Shown piece after piece: positions 57,755 through 64,000 of a DNA stretch of 64,000 nt. The stretch lies in NCBI GenBank assembly GCA_030426125.1, contig JAUHZB010000001.1, positions 26,462 to 90,461 of the forward strand, in the 5' to 3' direction. The stretch is from a bacterium (GTDB taxonomy: Bacteria; Patescibacteriota; Saccharimonadia; Saccharimonadales; AWTP1-31). Below the pieces are notes generated by a model. That model was not told the origin of the DNA, did not search any database, and saw only the letters and a program-made list of their open reading frames with translations. A program made the position numbers and the translations under genes. The stretch's first letter is position 1. Each line of letters opens with the position of its first letter.

Positions 57755-60736
57755 GTGAGTACAGACCTAAAAGACAAGCCTTCCGGCATATACGATGACG
57801 AACAAAATAGCCACATAGATCGCATCCGTGATCTAGAAGCTCAAGAGGCAGCTGAAGCTCAAGAAGGCACCCATCAAACCAACGAAGATGGAAGCCCGCT
57901 AAGCGGATCCGCGATTAAAGCTAGTGAGTCAAAAAAACCAGCTTCCGGCAAAGATACTACAGATAAATCCTCAACTCCAAAATCCGGGGGATTATACAAC
58001 CCGGATGGAGACAAAAGCACTTCTAGATTCGGAAAACTAAAGTCCAAGTTGGGCAATATTGAAAACAAACGAAGAAAACTACTAGTTGTTGGTGGTAGTA
58101 TTGGTGGAGTCACCGCATTTATGCTAATACTGATATTACTAGCATCATTGAAGCTACCTCACTTCGGCCAAGTTTTAACAGCCACTGGCTACGCCAGATT
58201 AAATGGAATCATGCGTGAGCGAATGGCCCAAAACCTATTCGATAACGCTGCCACTACCGGTGATGGCCAGATATCTCTGCGTGCTAGAACGATGCGCGAA
58301 AGAATAACCGGCCAAAATTTAAACAAACAGATAACTAAACTAGGTCAGGAAAATAGGCTTATATTTGAATTGGACGGAGAAAATGTAACCGGCATCAAGC
58401 TTCCACAAGAAGGTAAAACCATATCTCTTGATACAGTTTCACAGGAACTATTCGATAAAGATTATTCGGAGATAAAAAGAATCCGAGGAGTTAGAGAGCG
58501 TATGACAGTTCGAGCAGAATACGTTAAGCAAGTAAAAGCTGGTGTGAGCGAAGGACTAGCGACTGAAACCCGGGCAGTGAGAGGAAGAGCTACCGCAACT
58601 GCTCTAAAAAACAGCGGATTTAAATATAATCGCTGGGCCAACAAAGCAAGGGAGTATTTAGGTAAAACACCGAAAGAAGCAGCTATAAAAAATACCGTTG
58701 AGACCATTGAACAGGTTGGAGGTGATAAGTTTGTTGAAACGGGAATAAAACAATATGACGATTTATCCGAAGAGCTCAAAAAAAATGGCAGTCGAATCGA
58801 GAAGTTTATGGAAAAAAACGGTGGGGTATTCGATAAAGAAGCCTATGTAAAGCAAGTGAGCACTGACTTCACCACTGGTCAAAAAATTACGGAAGCAGCC
58901 AATAAAGTGGGTGTTGGCCTGATGATAGGAACACTAGCTTGTATGGCTAACCAAGCATTTTCTAATGTAGATGAAATAGCCGAAAATAACGAACTGGCGG
59001 CCTCAAGAGCTGCTGCCGCATTACCAGCGGCTCAAGATCAGCAAATACGCGGTGAGGCTAACGATGAGGCGATTGGCGCAGAAGCAAACACCCTAACAGG
59101 TGCTGAAAATTCACAGTACTACCAATACGCAACCGGGCAAGAAATTACCGCAGAAGAGGTTGAGGTACCCAATACTAAACCAAAATACGGTAATATGGCA
59201 GATATTATCTCTCTTGCTACCAGTCCAACAACTTTTATACCTGGAGGCTTTGCCATACCAGAGCCAGCTAAAGACGCCATTAACAATGGTTTTTGTTCTG
59301 CCCTACTAGACCCCAAGGGTGCTGTCGTTGCTGCAGCTGCCGAAATAGTAGTAACTGCAGCTGCCTCGGTATTTACCGGAGGTGGTGCAGCTGTTGCCAG
59401 GGAAACCGGTGGTAGAGGCGCACTACTAGTAATATCTAGAGAGTTAGCTAGCGCAACACTAGCGACCGGAAGAGGTGTTGTTAGTAAGAAAAGCGCCGCA
59501 ACACTCCTAGGCTTTGCCGCCTTCCAGCAGGGACTAGAAATGGTCACCAGGCAGTTAGCTGGAGTTGAATTCATGGGGGGTGAAACCGGTCCACAAAAAT
59601 TCGAGATAGCAGCAGTTGGTAATAATGTACTACAATCAAAGAGAATGCGTGGGATAGGTGGTGCTCCACTAACCAATGAAGAGGCTAAGCAAGTAGACCA
59701 ACCACTCATAAAACAAAAAACTGCTGAATACCAAAACCAGAATGTTTTTGCTAGATATCTATCAATTGAAAATCCATATTCATTAATTGGAAAACTAAGC
59801 GCTATTGTACCTGGGGATATTGTTAGCCTAAAACAATCTAGCTTAACTATGGTTAATAGCTTCGCTTCAGTATTTAATATAAAAAATATACTTAATCCTG
59901 TAATGTCAATTGCGGGCCTAAACACCAAAGCTCAGGCAGTGGATAACTACAACCCGTATTATGACGTCACTCAATGGGGCTTCTCGCCATCCGAACTAAA
60001 GAAAATGCGCGAAGACCCCACCTACAACTACTACACCAATCTTGATTACATTAGCGAAGAAACTATAGCCGAATACGACGAAAAATATGGTGATTGCTTT
60101 GACACATCTAAGACCAATTATGAAGTCGAGAAAATGTCAAAATGCAGCAAAGATGAGCTAAGGGGAAACGATCAAATCTTCCGCTATAGGTTAACTTTAT
60201 TAGATGAAGAAACCGTATCGATGCTAGAACAAAAACCAGAAGATATAGGAAAAGACCCTGTAGATGATGGTGGTCAAAACATTAACTCAACTGGAAAAAT
60301 TGCGCCAAGTGGTGGAAGTGGATCTGTAGGTATTGAACAAACCTCACCAATCCCCGGAACCAACAAACGCATCCACACAGACGTTCTTCCTCAATTCCTA
60401 GACATGATTGATGCTGCCCGAGCAGATGGCATAGACCTAATGCCTATTAGTTCAGCTTGGAGAGATCCACAGAAACAAATAGAACTAAGGAAGAGTAACT
60501 GCCCAGATTGGCGTAATTCACCATCCGGGGATTGCAATCCACCAACAGCCAGACCCGGAACCTCAAAACATGAAAGTGGTAGGGCGGTAGATTTTAGCAA
60601 TATGTGCTTCTCTAGAAACGGATCAAGCTCATGTAAGGGAAATCCTAGGTGGGAATGGCTCAAAGCAAACGCCGCAACCTACGGATTCTACCCGTTAAAA
60701 AGTGAGGCCTGGCACTGGTCAACCACAGGTACCTAA
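57755..60736 (+). CDS. large N-terminally anchored protein with C-terminal M15 (LAS/VanY-like) zinc D-Ala-D-Ala carboxypeptidase domain
   Basis: Single TM near residue 120; C-terminal SKHESGRAVDF (H-x6-D zinc site) and EAWHWS motifs typical of peptidase M15/VanY. Confidence 0.6.
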   Translation: MSTDLKDKPSGIYDDEQNSHIDRIRDLEAQEAAEAQEGTHQTNEDGSPLSGSAIKASESKKPASGKDTTDKSSTPKSGGLYNPDGDKSTSRFGKLKSKLGNIENKRRKLLVVGGSIGGVTAFMLILILLASLKLPHFGQVLTATGYARLNGIMRERMAQNLFDNAATTGDGQISLRARTMRERITGQNLNKQITKLGQENRLIFELDGENVTGIKLPQEGKTISLDTVSQELFDKDYSEIKRIRGVRERMTVRAEYVKQVKAGVSEGLATETRAVRGRATATALKNSGFKYNRWANKAREYLGKTPKEAAIKNTVETIEQVGGDKFVETGIKQYDDLSEELKKNGSRIEKFMEKNGGVFDKEAYVKQVSTDFTTGQKITEAANKVGVGLMIGTLACMANQAFSNVDEIAENNELAASRAAAALPAAQDQQIRGEANDEAIGAEANTLTGAENSQYYQYATGQEITAEEVEVPNTKPKYGNMADIISLATSPTTFIPGGFAIPEPAKDAINNGFCSALLDPKGAVVAAAAEIVVTAAASVFTGGGAAVARETGGRGALLVISRELASATLATGRGVVSKKSAATLLGFAAFQQGLEMVTRQLAGVEFMGGETGPQKFEIAAVGNNVLQSKRMRGIGGAPLTNEEAKQVDQPLIKQKTAEYQNQNVFARYLSIENPYSLIGKLSAIVPGDIVSLKQSSLTMVNSFASVFNIKNILNPVMSIAGLNTKAQAVDNYNPYYDVTQWGFSPSELKKMREDPTYNYYTNLDYISEETIAEYDEKYGDCFDTSKTNYEVEKMSKCSKDELRGNDQIFRYRLTLLDEETVSMLEQKPEDIGKDPVDDGGQNINSTGKIAPSGGSGSVGIEQTSPIPGTNKRIHTDVLPQFLDMIDAARADGIDLMPISSAWRDPQKQIELRKSNCPDWRNSPSGDCNPPTARPGTSKHESGRAVDFSNMCFSRNGSSSCKGNPRWEWLKANAATYGFYPLKSEAWHWSTTGT

Positions 60737-60739
60737 ACT

Positions 60740-62566
60740 ATGAAAAATATTCCGCTACTTAAACCATTATTAAACTACACACTAGGATTTCTAATAATTC
60801 TAATTCTAGTATTTATTAATGTAGCTAACGCCTACGCAGTAAGCGTGGAAGAAATATTTACGCCATATTATAATCCAAACTTAAATAACTGCCAGCCCAC
60901 TAGTACTGGATTCACTAAAGTGCCTGACGGTGGAAAACTTTACGTGCTAGGTGATTCAATCACGGTTGGAATCGAAGACACCCTCAGGAATAAACTGCAA
61001 GAAAAAGACATAACCCCCTACATAAATGCATCTGTATCTAGGTCATGGAACGGAGCTGGAAATAGCGTTGTATCAACTCAAGGAACACCACTTCCCGGCA
61101 AAGACGCCATTAAAGAAGATGAAGCAAAGCAGGCTGGAGTTGTGTCGGGGGCTAGCGGTATAGTTATCGCCCTTGGCACTAACGGTGGCGCCTCCAGCAA
61201 CCCAATAGAAAGCGCTATTGATGAAATTAGAAGAATAAACTCCAGCGCTCCTATATGGTGGGTAAATACCGTTGGATCTTCAGCTTGGCCAAACAATATC
61301 AGTAACCTCGGATCATTCAATGAACAGCTAGTCGATCTATCCGCTACAAAAAACTTTCAAATTATTAATTGGTTTTCCGCGGTCAATCCAACCGGAGACC
61401 CCACAACAACCCCCACCAACGACCCAACACGCCTGCTAAGTGACGGCATCCATCCTAACGCTGCTGGTATTCAGAAGCTATCTACTAAAATTGTTACAGA
61501 TATTAGTGGTGGCGACTCCAGTGGCTCAACCACCGCTAGTGAAACCGGGGTTGCATGTTGCTCTGGGGCAGGAACTACAGTAGCCGGGAACAACAACGAA
61601 GAAAAAGTATGGAATTATCTTGTTGGTAACCTACAGCTTAGCGCTATTCAAGCTGCTGGAATTATGGGTAATATTCAACAGGAATCGGGATTCAGCACCA
61701 CAATAGTTAACAAAAGCAGTGGTGCTTATGGACTAATTCAGTGGCTTGGCGGTAGAAAAACCGCCCTGCAAAATTTTGCCAGGGGGCAGGGAAAGGATAT
61801 GGGTGACATATCGGTACAATTAGAATTCATGAAACAAGAGCTGGAATCTGACTACTATAGACGTCGAGTATTCGACCCAATAAAAGCCTCGCAGTCCCTA
61901 GAGGAAAGCACTAGAATATGGCTGGAAAAATTCGAAATTCCTTGTACACCAGGGTCGGCTGCTTGCGCGGAGGAAATGAATGTACGTTTACCGTTCGCTC
62001 AAAACTGGCTAACTAGGTTTGGTTCAAACACTGCCACCGCAGTAGGCAACTCACCCTCATCAACTTGCGCATCGCAAGAAGGTGGCACAGGGGTTAGCGC
62101 CGATGGTTTCGTCTTCCCGCTCAGGACTAATCAGCAAACTATTAAATCTAAGGGTTGGTGCTTCGAAAGTCAATCTAACTGCCACCATGACTACAACGCA
62201 GCAGATATTTTTGCCCCAACCGGAACCGAGGTTATTGCAGCTAGAGGTGGGCAAGTTATCCTTGTTAAATCAGGCCCAACTCGAATAGCTATCAAGGCGG
62301 ATGATGGCAATATATACTACTACACACATATGGGCGCTGGTACCGCAGTCGTCAGTAAAGGACAAACCGTTGCAGCGGGTGCTACCCTCGGTAGGGTAGG
62401 CACAAAAGCCGATGCCGCCGGAACACCCGAACACCTACATATTGATATATTGCCAGGTGATAGATATGACAATAGGCCAGGATGTGCTGGATCAGCTTGC
62501 AGTAGTTTACCCTTCATTAATATCCAACCACCACTCACCGAAGCATTTAAGAATCTACCGGAGTAA
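60740..62566 (+). CDS. tri-domain cell-wall hydrolase: SGNH/GDSL esterase, lysozyme-like (phage-tail-lysozyme/SLT-type) and M23 (LytM) peptidase
   Basis: LYVLGDSITVG (GDS block I) and ALGTNG; AIQAAGIMGNIQQESGF...GAYGLIQW (catalytic Glu region of CwlT/phage tail lysozyme-type muramidases); C-terminal HMGAG...TPEHLHIDI (M23 HxxxD ... HxH). Confidence 0.65.
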   Translation: MKNIPLLKPLLNYTLGFLIILILVFINVANAYAVSVEEIFTPYYNPNLNNCQPTSTGFTKVPDGGKLYVLGDSITVGIEDTLRNKLQEKDITPYINASVSRSWNGAGNSVVSTQGTPLPGKDAIKEDEAKQAGVVSGASGIVIALGTNGGASSNPIESAIDEIRRINSSAPIWWVNTVGSSAWPNNISNLGSFNEQLVDLSATKNFQIINWFSAVNPTGDPTTTPTNDPTRLLSDGIHPNAAGIQKLSTKIVTDISGGDSSGSTTASETGVACCSGAGTTVAGNNNEEKVWNYLVGNLQLSAIQAAGIMGNIQQESGFSTTIVNKSSGAYGLIQWLGGRKTALQNFARGQGKDMGDISVQLEFMKQELESDYYRRRVFDPIKASQSLEESTRIWLEKFEIPCTPGSAACAEEMNVRLPFAQNWLTRFGSNTATAVGNSPSSTCASQEGGTGVSADGFVFPLRTNQQTIKSKGWCFESQSNCHHDYNAADIFAPTGTEVIAARGGQVILVKSGPTRIAIKADDGNIYYYTHMGAGTAVVSKGQTVAAGATLGRVGTKADAAGTPEHLHIDILPGDRYDNRPGCAGSACSSLPFINIQPPLTEAFKNLPE

Positions 62567-62577
62567 AGGAGGAGTTT

Positions 62578-64000
62578 ATGCAGCCACAGCAACCACAATA
62601 CAGAGTCACCAGGAAACAGGTAATCTTCGGTGCGCTACTACTAATTGTGACACTTATTGCCTGGATGATATCTAGATATTCTTACATTGAAGTTAAAGTC
62701 CCAAGTGACAATAAATCATCAGAAATAACCTATCGAATATCGAAAAACGGGGAGATAGTCGACACTACATCCAATACAAGCAACTCCTACAAAAAACTAG
62801 TTACAAAAGGTGATTATGAGGTTGTTGTTGAGTCAAATAATCAGACTAGTATCAACTTAGCAACTACGACCGGCTTCTTGCAGACTACTGAGGTTACAGC
62901 CAATTTACAACCCAAAAAACGCATTGAATTTGTAGGCGACGAGCCAAGACCCTGCATGTATCTTACTAAGGTTGGGTTATTGTCTTATGGTTGTGGAGAT
63001 CAAGTTGTTGACGCCTATTACCACACTCCAGCCACAACAAATCTTCCTACCTATACCAGGCAACTGGAAAGCATCTATGACGGAAGGATTGAAGGCTCAT
63101 TTGGGCTAGAAGGTAAAGACTACATTGCGATTCAAGGTCCTTCATTAGCAGACGGAAACGAACAACCACCACAAGCTGCCTATCAACTATCTGGGTCGCT
63201 TGAGACCGGGAAAGCGCTTCCCTTAAAAGGATTGAAAGAAGACACGTCATATAACATCACTAACTACAAGACAGGTCTTTTGGCTGTGAGCGACAACGTA
63301 AGTGAGGCGCTGTATCTACCAAACCTTGAAGCTACAGCTGAACCCATAGATATAAGCGACCCCAACACCACAAGAGATAGCTTCCCTTACGACATAGCTG
63401 TTAATGACAATACAATAATAGTCGGTTTTGTCCATGATGATAGTCGTAATATTACCTACGAAGACTCAGAAGAAACCCCAAAACTAGATAGCAGCATCGT
63501 AGTAATATCCAATGACCAGAAACGAACCTTCAATTTCGACAAATTGTATGACGAAATAAAGATATGTGGACCAAATACTATCTGCTTACTAGCAGATCAA
63601 AGAATCCACATTTACGATATCTCAGAAGAAAAACCCAAACTAAAAGGGGTTATTGGCCAGGTGGATGAATTCGATACCCATAATTCAACTATTACAGCCA
63701 ATCGTGTAAGTGATGTTATTAGCTTCAATACTGAAACTATGAGCGGCCACCAAGACTACTCTTATGGTGCGCTTCAGCCCTGTGGCCTAGGTGGTATAAA
63801 CGACGATGGTAATTATTACTTACTATGCGTGACCAACCGTCGAGGTGAACAGTCAGCCATAAAGGTAACCAGCGGAATAATAAACCCGATAGATGGCTAT
63901 GTAGACAAAATTCTAGAAATCCCCGAAGTGGAAAAAGTTTCCGCATTCGGTAATATAATCTATATATCGCCAAATCTTGGAGAATATAAATACAACCCTA
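62578..64000 (+). CDS. large N-terminally anchored exported protein, partial (runs off window end)
   Basis: Manual translation from ATG 62578 (MQPQQPQYRVTRKQVIFGALLLIVTLIAWMI...) stays open in frame to position 64000; not in ORF track because no stop inside window. Confidence 0.5.
   Translation, partial: MQPQQPQYRVTRKQVIFGALLLIVTLIAWMISRYSYIEVKVPSDNKSSEITYRISKNGEIVDTTSNTSNSYKKLVTKGDYEVVVESNNQTSINLATTTGFLQTTEVTANLQPKKRIEFVGDEPRPCMYLTKVGLLSYGCGDQVVDAYYHTPATTNLPTYTRQLESIYDGRIEGSFGLEGKDYIAIQGPSLADGNEQPPQAAYQLSGSLETGKALPLKGLKEDTSYNITNYKTGLLAVSDNVSEALYLPNLEATAEPIDISDPNTTRDSFPYDIAVNDNTIIVGFVHDDSRNITYEDSEETPKLDSSIVVISNDQKRTFNFDKLYDEIKICGPNTICLLADQRIHIYDISEEKPKLKGVIGQVDEFDTHNSTITANRVSDVISFNTETMSGHQDYSYGALQPCGLGGINDDGNYYLLCVTNRRGEQSAIKVTSGIINPIDGYVDKILEIPEVEKVSAFGNIIYISPNLGEYKYNP

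Overview
AT-rich bacterial chromosomal segment with densely packed genes on both strands. Envelope hallmarks are Gram-positive-like: two large surface proteins end in an LADTG sorting signal of the class-E-sortase LAxTG type, followed by a TM helix and a basic tail, and the window also carries an L,D-transpeptidase, MurE and a Gram-positive-type T4SS. Together with the reduced metabolic content this is most consistent with a small-genome Patescibacteria/CPR (Saccharibacteria-like) epibiont; that taxonomic call is inference from gene content, not from any search. Housekeeping genes seen: DnaG-like primase (partial, at the window start), orn, msrB, mscL, argS, groES/groEL preceded by two tandem CIRCE operators, murE, tsaD, valS, dinB-type Y-family polymerase, folA-like DHFR, two divergent Ham1/RdgB ITPase paralogs, comF, hsp20, four tRNAs (Ser-CGA, Arg, Ser-GCT, Ser-TGA) and an AbrB/Doc toxin-antitoxin pair. 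The most notable content is a ~16 kb type IV secretion-like locus (46.7-62.6 kb). It has six tandem VirB2/TrbC-like pilin paralogs, a 1031-aa VirB6/TrbL-like polytopic protein, a PrgI/VirB3-like protein, and a VirB4 ATPase split into two ORFs that overlap in TAATG and carry a Q/N/P-rich N-terminal extension. Two large multi-domain peptidoglycan hydrolases follow (M15; SGNH + lysozyme-like + M23). No coupling protein or relaxase lies inside the window. Other notable items are an orphan PafA/Dop (Pup-ligase family) homolog with no proteasome genes nearby; a CDP-alcohol phosphatidyltransferase / PHP / CarS-CdsA-like lipid-type cluster; an XRE-HTH::HAD fusion; and a promoter-leader-terminator structure immediately upstream of an Asp/Glu racemase gene. 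No CRISPR array, integrase or transposase was recognised.
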